Of a DNA stretch of 64,000 nucleotides, positions 36,501 through 49,600 are shown piece by piece. A model generated the notes under the pieces. The model saw only the letters and a list, made by a program, of their open reading frames with translations, did not search any database and was not told the DNA's origin. The translations under genes were made by a program, and so were the position numbers. Positions within the stretch are counted from its first letter, which is position 1; each line of letters starts with the position of its first letter. This DNA comes from Vicugna vicugna (taxonomy: Eukaryota), in the NCBI GenBank assembly GCA_013265495.1, contig MU057887.1, positions 11,985-75,984 of the forward strand, read 5' to 3'.

Positions 36501-36579
36501 ACTCTGGCTGGGAGTGTTTTATTACCTCTCCGCACCTCAGTTTCCGATTTTATAAAATGGCAAAAAATAATATATATCT

Positions 36580-36960
36580 GTGTCAGTCACGGTTCCAGCA
36601 GGAAATAGAATTTACCCCAGGTGGTCCAAATAGGGAATGTAACTAAAGGGACTATTACAGAGGTGCGGGCAGGTTCAGGAGCACCCAGAGACTGACAACT
36701 GAGGTCTCTGGAAGCTGCTATGTCCCTGGGGCTAGAGGAACAAGTGGAGGAAATGGTGTTTCCAGCGGAAGTTGATGGGAGCTGTGCTCAGGGAGGGGCA
36801 CAGACAGTGCCAGTGCTACAGCACATGGGCAGTGGGAGGAAATGCCCCATCCTCTCCCTCCCCCTCTGACCTCCAGCTGCTGTCCCCATTGGCCAGACCC
36901 AACCAGGCACCCGCGGGGGATGCAGTCCATCAGGCACAGAGCCAGGCAGCGGATGGAACC
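36580..36960. mobile_element. Ancient LTR (LTR78/79-like)
   Basis: TGTCAGTCACGGTTCCAGCAGGAAATAGAA...GGGACTATTACAGAGGTG...CCCATTGGCCAGACCCAACCAG...GATGCAGTCCAT. Confidence 0.5.
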
Positions 36961-37896
36961 AGGGGGCCGGGGGACGCCACGAATGAAAAGTGACCAGCAC
37001 TGCTCATTATGGGCTCATTCATCCACTCACTCTTTCAACAGACATATATTTGGCCCCTTTTAAGTGCCAAACACACCAGAGACCCTTTAGGGGAAGAAAA
37101 GAGGCAAGCTACCCACTCCCGCCACAGGGAATTTACATCCTAGCAGACAAACTAAATAAGAAAGAAATAACCGACTGTAGAATGTAACGCCAAGTGCAAG
37201 AACTCAGAGAAAAAGGAAGCAGGACCAGAGAAGAGAGAGTGGAGGGGAGGCAATTTTAGATCGTCCAGAGAACGTGGCAGCAATACCCAGGACACGCCAC
37301 TACATGTGTTGGCTCCAGCTGGTCCCTTTGATCAGATGCCCCTCCACCCTCTGGGACACATGGCCTGCTGCCCAGGCAGAGGTGCTTATCCCAGGACCCT
37401 GGTGGATCACCCCCAGCACACACCCACTCCTGGACTCTAGTCACCAGGAAGGCTGCCACCTGATCTGTCCCGTTTCAACACTGTTTCTGGGGGGCAGGGG
37501 GCTTAGCTGCAAACAAGCACAATGATGGCAGGGGAAAATGTTTTAGTCCCGAATATGAACATAAATATTTGCACAACTGAATTTCAAAACTTTAAAACAA
37601 TCACTACACATGAAAACACATAAGAACCAGTCAGTAACCATCCCCGCTGGAACACCCCAGCCGGAACACCCCAGCGGGGCCGCCTGGCCCCTGGCAGCAC
37701 AAGGCAGCTTGGCTTTGGACCAGCACTGACTGTTAATCCTGCTAGAGAATGCCTGTCCAGGAGCTCCTCCCACCCCCAGCACAGTGTCAAAAGGAGACAG
37801 GGAGAGCCCTTTTAAAGTGAAGGGTGAAAAGCACCCCTTTAGGACACTCTAGGGTGTGGACCTGGGTGTGGGGAGCGGGGTGTTCGCTATTCCACC

Positions 37897-38082
37897 AGAG
37901 CAGTACTTCTCAAACTTCCTGGGAACTTGGAAATCTCCAGAGGACTTGTTAAAACCCAGATTCCTAGACCCCATCCTCAGTTTCTTTAAGTCTGGGGTGA
38001 GGCCTGAGAATTTACGTTCCTACCAAGTTCCAGGGTGATGCCAACGGAGCAGTCGGGACACACTTTGACAATCACAGCCTTG
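37897..38082. mobile_element. MER5A-like DNA transposon
   Basis: CAGTACTTCTCAAACTT...CTTGTTAAAACCCAGATTCCT...CTGGGGTGAGGCCTGAGAATTT...CACACTTTGA. Confidence 0.8.
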
Positions 38083-38179
38083 GGATATTTAGATGCTGGA
38101 AGCGTTTGTTTGCCCCAACCCTGCCTTCTCTGCCGCCACCGCAAGCCCCCAAGCCCCAGAGCAGGGACACAGTCTGAAC

Positions 38180-39010
38180 GTCTGATCTTTCCTCCCGGCT
38201 CCCGGGCCCCCACCCCGCACAGGCTAGGGCTGGGGAGGGGGCACTCAGCGGGCGTTAGAGGGTCGCGGAGGGGTGGGTTACTGGCCCGAGAGCCGATCTG
38301 GGCCGCCGGGGTCGCCGGGACGCCCCCTTCCCCGGCGGGCGCCGCCCACAGCCTGCGCAGTGCACCNNNNNNNNNNNNNNNNNNNNNNNNNNNNNNNNNN
38401 NNNNNNNNNNNNNNNNNNNNNNNNNNNNNNNNNNNNNNNNNNNNNNNNNNNNNNNNNNNNNNNNNNNNNNNNNNNNNNNNNNNNNNNNNNNNNNNNNNNN
38501 NNNNNNNNNNNNNNNNNNNNNNNNNNNNNNNNNNNNNNNNNNNNNNNNNNNNNNNNNNNNNNNNNNNNNNNNNNNNNNNNNNNNNNNNNNNNNNNNNNNN
38601 NNNNNNNNNNNNNNNNNNNNNNNNNNNNNNNNNNNNNNNNNNNNNNNNNNNNNNNNNNNNNNNNNNNNNNNNNNNNNNNNNNNNNGGGAGGGGTCCGGGG
38701 GAGTCGGGGGCGGCACGCGCGCCCCTCGGAGGGCGGGGACATGGGGTGGGGTAAGGGTCGGACGGTCCCCTTCGTTGGGGGTGTCCAGTGTCTCCCACCT
38801 CCCGTCTCCTGGGACCTCCGGGCTCATCCTCTCTCGCAGTCTCTCTCTTGGCCCCCTCCCCGCCCTCTCCCCCGTCCCCTTCTCTATCTCTGACTTTCTG
38901 TCTGTCTCTGTGGGTGGGTCTCTGCGTGTCCGTCCAGCGGCTTGTCCAGCCGCCTTGTTTCCTGATCTTCCTTCCGCGACACTGCCCCCTCCCCATCGCG
39001 GCTCTCTCCT
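38180..39010. promoter_or_regulatory. CpG island, probable upstream alternative PRR5 promoter; centre lies in an assembly gap
   Basis: CpG-dense flanks on both sides of the N run (e.g. ggccgccggggtcgccgggacg, cggcacgcgcg), GC-boxes, and a candidate donor GTAAGG at 38751. The link to PRR5 is inference. Confidence 0.65.
38367..38685. other. Assembly gap (319 N) inside CpG island
   Basis: Run of N between GC-rich flanks. Confidence 1.
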
Positions 39011-39759
39011 CGCTTCTCACTGCCCCCTCTTAATAGAGCAAACAAAGATGGTCGAGGGAGGGAGACACCTCCTTTCTGAGCCCTGTCCTGGATCAGCGTG
39101 GGGCCCCACCCCTCTGGCCTCTGGCCTGGGCCTCGGGCCACCTTCCTGCGGGGAGCTGGCCCTGCAGAGCTGTGGGGGTCGGTTTGGGACAGCTGGCACA
39201 TATGAGGGCAGAGGCCCCAGTGCTGGAGCTTGCAGAGGTTTGTACCCTCAACCTGGGGAGCCCCCGTCTCCTCCCTTGAGAGGTGGCACACTGGCCTGGT
39301 CAGGGCTCTGGGCCTCTGGCAGAATCAGATCATGCACTCGACCCTGTTCACATGAGCAGAGCCTGACGCTTTCTAAGATTTTTTCCAATGGAGCCAAGGT
39401 AGGGAGAACTTGCTGGGCTGGGGGAGGGTCCCTGGTCTGAAGGTCACAGGGTGTGGTCTCAGCCCGGCTTCGCCAGGCCACTTCCTGAGGGTGACCTCTA
39501 TCTCCCCATCCATGGCATGGGGCAGAAGCGAGAGCCCTGTGCAGTCGCCTGAGAACCGCGTGGGCTGGCCATCATGTCCAGGTGATTAGCGATGCTCTTG
39601 GAGAGAACGGGGCTGTGCCAGAGCTCCCCGGAATCCCAAAGACCAGTCCCTGGTCTGCATCTGGAGGGGGAGGGGGAGCTCCCTGCAGCCTCTCGGATCT
39701 GCTGCAGGGCCAACCCAGAAACCCTTCCTGGAGGGGTAAGGGGCTCTGGGAGTGGAGCC

Positions 39760-39900
39760 TGGACCACCAGGCTGTCCTCCTTAACGACTGTGCTTGATAA
39801 AATGATGATTCCTGGACTCCTATCCTGGCCTCTGATGGGGTACCAGGAATCTGCATTTTACAACTCCCCCCTCTTCTGATGCACTTTCAGGTGTGAATGG
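39760..39900. mobile_element. MER5-like fragment
   Basis: GATTCCTGGACTCC...CCAGGAATCTGCATTTTACAACTCCCC...TTCTGATGCA. Confidence 0.55.
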
Positions 39901-40129
39901 TGGCATCAGGTTATGGGACAAGGTCATATAGCTTCCTCTGACTGGCAGGCAGTGGGGTGGACCCAAGAGGAGCCGGCCTTACTGTGTCCCTGGGCAAGCC
40001 ACTCTATCTCTGAGCCTAAGCCCCCATCAGTCAAAGGAGATTAAGGCCTCCCAAGGGTCTTTCCTGCCAAATGGTCTGGGATTCGGAGCCATTGCTTTCA
40101 GTGGGGTAGGGGGTGGCTGGGGGCTACAG

Positions 40130-40300
40130 AGTCAAGGAGGCCCAGGTCGGCGTCCCAGGACCACCGCTGGCCGGCTGTGTGGCCCTGGGCAAGTCACTGG
40201 GCTTCTCTAGGCTTCAGTCTCTTCTCCTGAGAACTAGCGATCACAGCATTACCCACTCCTTACGGGTGGTGAGGAGCCAGAAGCCCAGCGCCTGACACGT
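40130..40300 (+). mobile_element. MIR SINE
   Basis: GGCTGTGTGGCCCTGGGCAAGTCACT...CTCTAGGCTTCAGTCTC. Confidence 0.6.
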
Positions 40301-41369
40301 CACAAGCCCACCGGGAACACGGGGGACCAGTCACGAGAGAGGCTAGCACTCTGCAGTTTTCACAGTCGGTGATGGGGACAGTCGCGTGGACTTAATTTCT
40401 CATCAGCAGGGAGAGTGGTCTGTGCAGAAACATTTGTTAGCTAATGGATTTTTTTTCTTTCTAATGGATGGCTTAAAAGCCCTGAGGACGGCCACGCAGA
40501 GTTGCCTGGGCAGCTCAGGTGGCGTCTTATGGGATCCGCTGGGTGCCACCGCCAGCTCCCCAAGCACTGGGAGACAACACCCTTGTCTCCTGGGCGACTC
40601 CCCACAGAGTCAAGAGAGCAGAAACCCAGGAGGGGCCTGGGTCTGGGAAGGAAAGAGAAAGTCTCGGGCCCTTGCCAGGTGCCCCGAGTTGTGAGCGTCC
40701 GTGGACGCGAACAAAGTTGTCTTCTGGGACATCCGTGGGAAAAGCAGAGCTCTCGAGAAACCCGTAGAGGGACAAGGGAAGTCGTTAATTCATTCACTCA
40801 CTCACTCCTTCCCACAGGCCTTCTCCAGGCCTGCAGATGGCCAGGGACCCAGGGAGGCAGAGAGACCCATGCAGAAAAGGGGAGGCCTCAATCTGGGTGG
40901 GGAGCTGTTGGGTCAGACGTTCTGTCCATGGTCCTTGGGGTCAAAAGCAGGGTCAGGACATCCTGCTTCAGGGCTCACCCCAAAGCCCGGGGTGGCCCTC
41001 AGGGTAGACCCTGAGAAGGACCAGGGTTAGAGTCCGGAGATACGGATTAAAACCGTGGGCTGTAATGAAGACATGGGTTAGTGGGACAAGGAGGTGACTT
41101 CCTGAGGACAGTATAACCTTCTTTTTTAACCATATCCCTCTTTCATGTCTCAAAATCGAATTTTGGTGAGGGAGCATCTCATGGGGCGGGAACTTTGAAG
41201 TCTGTGTGTGAACGCAGTTCTCGCGACTCAGGAAACCTGATGTCTCGAGAGCAGCCCGGGGGCATCTGCCAATAGGACTTGGCTCCAGCCTCAGACCCTG
41301 TGGCCTGGAGGAGAAGCCAGCAGGGGCCAGGGAGGGGCTGCAAAGGCTGGAGACCCCAGAGTTGGGTCC

Positions 41370-41700
41370 ACCTGCTATAAATCCCAGCAGCACTATTGAT
41401 AGCTGTGTGGCCGTGGGAAGTGGCCTAGCCTCTCTGAGCTTCAGTTTGCTCATTTGAGAAGTGTAGATTGGAAAACACAGCTTAGGTGACCAAAACCTGG
41501 GTTCTGGAGCCAGGCTTCTTGGGTTCGAATCCTGGCCCCACCTCTCATCAGCTGTGTGATGTTGGCAAGTCACCAAACGTCTCTGTGTGCTCGGCTTTTT
41601 CATCTGTGAAGTGGTGATGGTGGTTGCACCTACCACCTAAGGCGCTTGTGAGGACTACGTGGCTTCATGTAAGGTCCTGGGTAGGACAGTGCCTTGTGTT
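41370..41700 (+). mobile_element. Two tandem MIR SINEs
   Basis: AGCTGTGTGGCC...CTCTCTGAGCTTCAGTTTGCTCAT and TCTGGAGCCAG...GGGTTCGAATCCTGGC...CATCTGTGAAGTGG. Confidence 0.75.
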
Positions 41701-42099
41701 GGTATGGTAGAGGGGTCTTGCAGTGACAGGGGCTTGCGGTCAGGCTGGCCTGGCATTGGCCCTGGAGTTCCTGTCAGTGTTAACGTCAAGGTTAAAACCC
41801 ACTTCTGGGCTCACGCTATGACTATGGGTGATGAGCTGTGTGCAGGCCCCCTCGGAGATGCTGGTGCCAGTCTGAATCCCTCGGAGATGCTGGTGCCACT
41901 CTGTACCCTCTGGGCAGAGCAGCGGGGACATAGGTGACATTTGCAATTGCTTTACCCTTGACTACACCCAGGAGCGAGTGAGGAGGGGCTGGGGCCAGGT
42001 CCCTTCTGAAAAGGTTATCAAGAAAATCTATATAGTTCGTTTAAAAGGAGTACCGAGTATTGCTCTCCTCGGTTCTGACTCCCAGGCATCGATTTACGA

Positions 42100-42290
42100 C
42101 CTACTGTGTGCCAGGCCCTGTGTGAAGACTTCCCCGGCCACCATCCCACTTACTCCTCCCAGGCAGCCTAGAAGGTGATCATGGCCCTGCCCAGTTAACA
42201 GAAGGGCAAACTGAGGCTCAGAGAGGCCAATGGCTGCCCAGAGACACTGGCAGCAAGGAGCAGGGCTGGGGCTCAAACCGCCAGGTCCCC
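42100..42290 (-). mobile_element. MIR SINE
   Basis: CCTACTGTGTGCCAGGCCCTG...AAACTGAGGCTCAGAGAGG...GGGGCTCAAACC. Confidence 0.7.
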
Positions 42291-42639
42291 AGCAAGAGGG
42301 GAGGTGTGCACGCCCACTTTCCAGTCCATGACGCTACGTGCCTGATGGTGAGGGACTGTCACCGTGACGCCTCCCCATCGGGAGCTGCCATGGTGGGCTC
42401 CTCTGACCCCACTGGAAGTCCTGCTCATTTTCCGGAAGGTTCTTAAGGTTTTGCTCTCTGCGCCATCAGCTGGGCTGATTAAAGACCTTCTTTCTTTTAT
42501 CCAAAGCAGTTTCTCCAGCAAAACCAATCTGCCCAGAGCCTAGAAGAGAGCAGAGGAGGCGAGACTCACAGGGAAGACCCCAGCTGGGAGGGGGGCCCCG
42601 TTCAGCACCAGAAGGTCCTGGTTTCGCCACTTCCACCCC

Positions 42640-42920
42640 TTTGAGTCTAAGAGGGGTTACTCTCTATGCCTTGGTTTTCAAATCTGTGAAATGGGAATTT
42701 TTACTTCTGCTCTGGTGGGAGGGTAGGTAAAGCTGTGAAGTAATAATAGTCAACACATATATAGCCCTGGGCCGGAAACTGGGAGGCATCTTACATATTT
42801 GCCCTCATTTAACCCTCTGAGGCCCTATGAGGTCATTGTATCATCCCACTGTGCAGGTGAGGAAGGCAAGGCACAGAGAGGTCAGTATCTTATCCAAGGT
42901 CACGCAGCTGGTAAGACTTT
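42640..42920. mobile_element. Two MIR fragments in opposite orientation
   Basis: GCCTTGGTTTTCAAATCTGTGAAATGGG (+) then CAGGTGAGGAAGGCAAGGCACAGAGAGG...CCAAGGTCACGCAGCTGGTAAG (-). Confidence 0.65.
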
Positions 42921-43309
42921 GAGTCTGGTAAGCCAGTCCATCGAGGCCACTTCTTGGTAGATAGGCATGACACCTCTTGCTTGATTATTCCCACTGACAG
43001 GGAGCTCACTACCTCATGAGCTCCTGTGATGGTTAGTCTAGGACTTAGATAGGTGGCGGTGATGGTCCCTGGTACAGTAGACTCAGTGTGGGAGAAGATT
43101 CTGAGCTTGGCTTAGGCCAAGCAGGGTTTGAGGTGCTGGCAGGCCAAACCATGGAGAGGTGGGGAGGGTGGTCCCCAGTTCTTCGTTTCTCCCAGTCATG
43201 TCCATCTCATCTGTCCCACAGACCAAATCTGAGGCTGAGAGAGGAGAAAACTCAGCACAGGAGGGCAGACAGTAGGTGTCCAATAAACCCTTGGCGGGGA
43301 TCAATCCTG

Positions 43310-43640
43310 TTTCTAAGGAAAATTTTAAGTTATAAAATCAACTTAGGCATGTGATATAAACTCTAGAAAATCGATCCCAGTTTTACCTGTAACCTCCCCC
43401 CAGAACATCAGCATTTTGTGTATCATTTCCAGTCTTTTTTCAGTAAATGCATCCCGATGTAGAACCATTTTTACGTATCATCACACCACGTGTAGTTTCA
43501 CATCCTGAACTTTCTCGCTTCCTGTGAGTACCACGAGCACCTCCCGCGTTCTTTCAGTGGTCCGGTTGTTCCTGAAGAGCAGTGAGGACTTTTTACTGGC
43601 GGCACAATATCCTGTGGCTGTTCTTCATTTGCCCCAGACC
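43310..43640 (-). mobile_element. Ancient L1 fragment
   Basis: Degenerate AT-rich CATTTTGTGTATCATTTCCAGTCTTTTTTC pattern. Confidence 0.45.
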
Positions 43641-46600
43641 ATCCCCCACATGGATGGTCCAGCCGCCACATGGACCATGATGTGAAAAGCAGGTGTTGCC
43701 CCCGAGGTCACACCCCAGACGTCCGACGGGACAGCTGGTCAGCCCCGCCAAGCTGTGTGACCTCGGGCAGGGCCCTGCCCCTCTCTGAGTCTCAGGCGCC
43801 TGCACTGCTGTGAAATGGGGGCAAGAGCCTGACGTCAGGGGGCTGCTGGGAGGAGTAAACGAGGAGATGTGATGTCAGTCATCTGGCTGTGGCGGGGCTT
43901 GGAAGGTGGAAGTTATTAGAGTTACTGTCTTTGTTATTATTTTGTTCCCATCTCCCCAGTTAGACTGTGGAGCCCTGCAAGCAGGAGCCAGGCTCTGTGC
44001 ATTCCTGTGTCCCACAGGCGCCGTTATATTTATCGGATTCCTCACATTCAGGTCCCTCCAAATAGAGCAAGTCTCTGTGCGGGCGGGGCCCTGGGAGACC
44101 CTTCACTGACAAGGTCTCATCTTGTCTCCATGAGTCGGGATCATCAGCCCCATTTTAGAAACAGTTTCAGAGAGTGTGATGGGCCTGCCCAATGTCACAC
44201 AGTGGGAAGAAGACAGCCAGGAATACTTCCTGGAGGAGGTGGCATGGCACAGGGCTGACAGGATGGGGCATTTGACTGGGCCAAGGGACAGAGTGCTGGT
44301 GTTCTGGGAGCGGAGCAGAGGCGCCTGGGAGCTGTGGGGGGAGGGGGCCCAGCACGTGTGGGGCAGAGTGTGAGTGAGGCTTGGGGGCGTTTGCTGAGCT
44401 GAGCTGACCTGAAGTGACAGCAGGGCAGAAATGAGCTAGCTGTCTAGGCTCCTGGCCCCAGCTGCACCCCACCCAGCCACTTCCTCCTGTCCAGGCAGGA
44501 AGGGGTGCTCTGCAGGATTGGAGGCTGCAGGCACCTTCCTGGGGCCTGCTTTGTGAGCAGTGATAAAATATTTATCAGGAGCACTGGCAGCTGGGCTTCC
44601 CTGCACAGGGAAGTGGGCAGCTCCCACCCCTGGGCCTGCAGCCTGGCTGAGTCCCGCTGAGTCACCGGAGAGCCCGCTGAGCCACCTGCCCGCGCCCTCC
44701 TCGGCCCCTCTGCCCTTTGGCCACGTGGATGCCTTGTAATATGTAAGCTATTCGGCTGCCCACGGGGCCAGGGCATCCAGTGCAGTTAGTGCTGAGGGTT
44801 TCAGAGCTCACTCAGCAGCCAAGGTCACTGGCAGAGGAGGCCAGCAGGCTGGGATCCCCCCAGACCCATCCCTGGAGGACCCCACCTCTTTAGTCCTCAC
44901 AGCACCCAGCAAGGTAGGTCCTCTTGCACCTCTGTTTGGTAATGAGACGCTGAGGCTCAGAGTCGGGGCACGACGGGTCAGGTCTCACGCTGTCACAGGC
45001 CGAGCAGAGATTCAGCCCTTGGCTGCCTGACCTCTGCCATGGAGGGGCTACACTCTGTCCTAGCCCAGAGTCAGGGCCTGGGGGGCGGGGGGTCTGCCCG
45101 CCCTGGTGTGACCAGGAGCTGCAACTTCAGGTTTGTGATTTTGATTTTCAGAGGAACAGCAACAACAAAAAACAGTAGCAGATGGCTCCTTCTTGCTGCC
45201 ACCAGCGTGGGCAGAGGACCTTCTTGCTCAGCGTGGGCAGAGGGACGAGGCTCTCAGATTCTTTTGTTCACTCATTCATAAAGCACATTCTGGGTGCGCT
45301 GGTCAGATCCCCGCATCCCAGGCTCCCAGGACCAGTGAAGGACACTTCGGCTGTGGCTCGGGGTGCCCTCAGAGCCAGAAAGGGCGGGTTCTGCCCCGGG
45401 GCCCACTTCCTGCTTGCTTATGTGCTCTGTGACCTCTGGCAATTTCCTCTGCCTCTCTGAGCCTCGGTCTCCGGTTTGTGGATTGGAGGACCAAGCGAGG
45501 ATCACACCTGTGTCCTTGTTCTCCATCACATCTTCACATCGGCCTGACAAGCATCAGTAGGCCTTTGGACGGGTCTGGTTCCCGGAGAGGTCCTGGCAGG
45601 CCTGTGGTTGGCTCTCCCAGGAAAGAACCTGAAGCCAGTGCCCTGGGGGCCTTGCAGATATGCTGATGGAAGGTGGGAGTTTTTCTAAGCTTGATTCTGA
45701 AGGGAACTGGTCCCTGGAGCCACACTCACTGCTAGGAGCTGTGAGAGGGAGCCCTGTGGGTGGCCGGGGTCACCTCCGCTTCACTGCCTGCCCCTGCTTG
45801 AAGGTCACCTCATATTCCTACTCGTTCTCTGTCCTTGCCTCCTCTGAGCCTCCTCCTGCCTTTCCTCTGTCTGGAATTCTTTTCCTCCCTTCTTCACTGG
45901 TGGCTTTTGTTTGTTCTTCAAGTCCTTGCTGGAAGATGCCTTCCTCCTCCAGGAAGCCCTCCTGGCTGCCCTGCATTCACCCCAGGCAGGGTGGGTAGAC
46001 GCCCCTCCCATGCTCCTTTACCTTGGAATCTTCGCTCATATCTTTGACCCAGCACTGGATGTGTTCCCCAGTCTCCTTCCCTCCAGCCTGGGGTCCAAGG
46101 GCAGAACTCGATTCATCTCTGGGTCCCAGGGCTGAGCTCGGGGCTGGCACACAGTGGGACCCTGGGAGTGTCTGATGAATGAGAGAGCAAGTGGCAGACA
46201 TAGGGGCTGGGTTGGAGTTTTAAGAACCTGTGGTAAGGGACAGGAGCGGACCCGTAAGATCTGCTCCATGCGTGAACTCCCTGTGTTTCTGTGAACTGTC
46301 TGCAGACAGGACCTTCCCAGATGATGGACACTCAGCCAGACAACAGGAAGTAAGGACTTCTGGGGCCGAGACTGTTGTGGGACGGGGGTGCAGTGTCTGG
46401 GGGGACTGGGAGGGCTGGCCTCCCAGTCTGGGCCCCTCCTCTTGGAGCTGTGTGACCCCAAGCCTGTGTGACTCAGCCCCTCTGTCAGGCCTCACGACCG
46501 CTCTGCAGACCCAGCGTCTTTCCGTGCAAGGGAAGGAGGCGGGCGGCAGGCTTGCATTCAGGGGCTGCTCCGGGTGGCGACCAGCACTCAGCCCTGCACA

Positions 46601-49600
46601 GGAAAAAGACCAGGATGGGCAGCAGTAAGTTTCTCTGGTGGTTTGTTCCCTCTTCCAACTTTTTTGTGTTTTTCCAGTTTTCTTGAGTTCACTCAGTGGC
46701 TTTGCATGGGTGTTGAGAGCCTTATGATGTGAAAATAGAGCCCCTTAGTCTGACGGACACTTGTCATCAGGCTGTCCCGACACGGTCTGATGGGGGAGAC
46801 TAGGCCCGGGCTGTGATGGAGCTGTCACGGAGGGAAACCCAGAGGGGCCCGTGGCCCAGCCTGCAGGCTTGTGAAGGTGGCACCTTGCGGGGGGCAGGGG
46901 GCTGTTGCTAGGGAGGCAGGTGGGAGACCCTGCGTAGAGAAGGGCTGGCCCAGATCCTGAGTGATATTGGGGGTTGGTGCTCCTGTTAGACTCCCAGTAG
47001 CTGCATCCCCTGAGGGTGTCCACCCACCAGCCTGCCCCTGGGGGCCACCGGAGCATTCAGGAGCCCATGTGACCCTTACCCCTGGGGGATTCTGTGGGGC
47101 TGGCACTGCTATGTCCCCATTTTACAGAATGGGAAAATTGAGGCCAAGTACAGTGAGTGGCCAAGCTGAGCTTCAGATTCAAATCTGTCCCCAGAGCCCA
47201 ACTCGTAACAGCCGGCCTCTCCTGCCGCCCTTGCTCCTTCACTGAGCCCCAGGGCCTCGGCTCTGTCATTTGTGGAGAGGGGATTAGAGCGTGACATCAT
47301 AGGCCAAGCGAGTGCCATTCATGGGACTAATTTTCAAGCCCATGCCCTGAGTTCTCTCTGAGTTCATGATTTCTGTTGTCTGTGGTTGGAGCATCACTCA
47401 GGGGGCAAGTTAGGGGAACCAGACAGAAGCACCAGAGGCACCATGGGGACAGGGCTCTAAGGAGAACCAACAGAAATGGGAAATGAGTTCCATTCCACAA
47501 GACCAACCCGAAAGAGCGTCAGGCAGCCAAAAGGAGGTCAGTGCCGACACGCCCAGGTGTGGCCCCGAGGGCGTGTGGCTGGCAGGCCCCTAAGGGTGGT
47601 GGGAACAAAGCAGGCAGGTCTGAGAGGGAGCCGACTTGGTGCTCTGGGCCCCAGGCCAGCTGAGGACTCAGAGGCAGGTGGGGAAACACAGCTGCCCCGG
47701 GGTCACAGAGCGGGTGGGGCCAGTGCAGCAATGGTGTCTTCTGCTTTACCTGAACCAGCCAACAAAGGGAGACCTCCGTGCTGATGGTCAAGGTCGCCGT
47801 CCATCGCCTTGGTCTGTCTGCTCCAAGGCCAGGAGGCCGCAGCCCTTGGTACCAGGCAGGGCGCGTGAGGGTGGGGGGATGTCACTGAGCTCAGGTCTGT
47901 TTCCTCCCGCATGTTTGCCAGTGCAGGGGGCTCTGACGGCTGCTGTAGGCGGTGGGTGGGCTAGAGGGCAGGAGGGAGAAGGGGGAGGCCCGCCCCGGCC
48001 CCCGTCAGGGCACTCCGTTCTCCTAACCTTGCTTCACCAGGAGATGGTGAGGTTTCCCTACTCCCTGTGGGTTTTGAGCTGAGCAGGCAGGGTGGGCAGA
48101 GGAGGTGATGTGGCCTGGGACCCCCGGGGGCCCGGACGTAGCCTTGGATGCTGGGCTCGGGCTTCCACTGGGTGCACAAAGGATGGGCCTCTGTCCCCCA
48201 TTGGAAAATGAGGATGCCCCCTCCCCCTCGTCCCACACTCTGTCTTTCTATCAGAGCAGTTATGATGCCAAACAGCCACTGGTGCACCACAGGATAAAAG
48301 ATTTGGCCAAGGTCAGATTCAAAGCCAGCACTCAGCTCAAGGCCTGGCGCATATTAGGGTCTCAAGAAATACTTATTGTACAAACGGCCTTTGACAAGTT
48401 GTGCGGCCCTCACAGCCCCCGTGTCCTCCGTGGAGGGAGCTGCCGACGGCCCGTCCCACCTGGCAATGTCGTGCAGACAGGCCTGGCGTGTGGGGAGTCC
48501 TGTGGCTGCTAGCCGGAGACAGTGAAGGAGAAAGCCAGCAGCATGGCCGTCATAGTGAGGGCTCTCTCTGAGCCTCCTGGGGAGTGGGCCACTGCAGCAG
48601 GTGGCCTGGGCAGCTCTGTCCTCCAAGTGCAGGTGCGTGGGCGGTAGGGTGCGGCTCGGGGAGAAGACTTTGATGGGTGAGGTCACCCTGAGTGGGGTTT
48701 TGCAAGATGAATAGGAGTTGGCCAACCAGACCAGGCTTAGGGAAAGCTTATCCCAGATAGTGAAGGACAAGCATGTGGTCACGAGCGGGGCCTGGCCTTC
48801 CAGGACAGCAGCCTTCCGCCTGCAAGCTGACTTTTGCTTTCATTTGCTCAGGGTGCTCCAGGGAGGCTCTTGTCTCTCCCTTCCTCTCCCCTCAGACAGC
48901 CTGTGGGCTGACAGACTGGGCTCCCTGTAAGGGGCCAGGAGCTTGTGACTGACAGCTCGCCCTCTTGTCTCATCCGTGCAGCGAGGCCCAGGAGAACCCC
49001 CTTCTGTCGCTTGCCCCCCGAGCCTGGGGAAACCCTGTGCAGGAGGCCAGGGCCGGAGGAGCGATGCCGCTTGCAGTTAGGGTGACCGCCTCCGCCCCTA
49101 GGCCAACTTCTCACCTCTGTCCTCACCCCATCTGCCGCCCACACCGGGAACCGCAGAGAAAGAGCCCAGGCCTCGGTGACTCAGAAAGAGAAACTGCCAA
49201 GAAGACCTGAATAAGGAGCCCCTTGGGGGTCAGGCAGGGGCTGGGCAGGGTCGCCCTCCCACACCCAGCGCCCAGAGGAGGGTTTCAGGGAGAACAGGTG
49301 CTGCGTCTCCCAGTCCCCACCCTGCCAGGCTGTGGATCTGCCCAGGCCCCATGGCCGCGACTTGTGGCCCGTGGGGAGTCCCCTCCCTGAGCCTCATGCG
49401 GCTGGCAAGTCATCCAGCCGTGCCTCAGGACCCCTGCCCAGCCCGGGGGTACACCCCACCGGCCATCGCAGAGTTGAGTAAAGTGGGGTGACCCTCTGCA
49501 GAAACAGAATTTCATGCACACTGTGAAAAGTGAGGAGAACACAGGGGTGGACACACCTGCACCCCATGCTGCCCCGCAGGGCCACCAGGTGAGCAGCAGA

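Noticed and set aside
40679..40790. Possible internal 5' exon of an upstream PRR5 isoform (CCTTGCCAG|GTGCCCC)
   Set aside because: The pyrimidine tract is weak and there is no convincing donor; it cannot be supported without transcript alignment.
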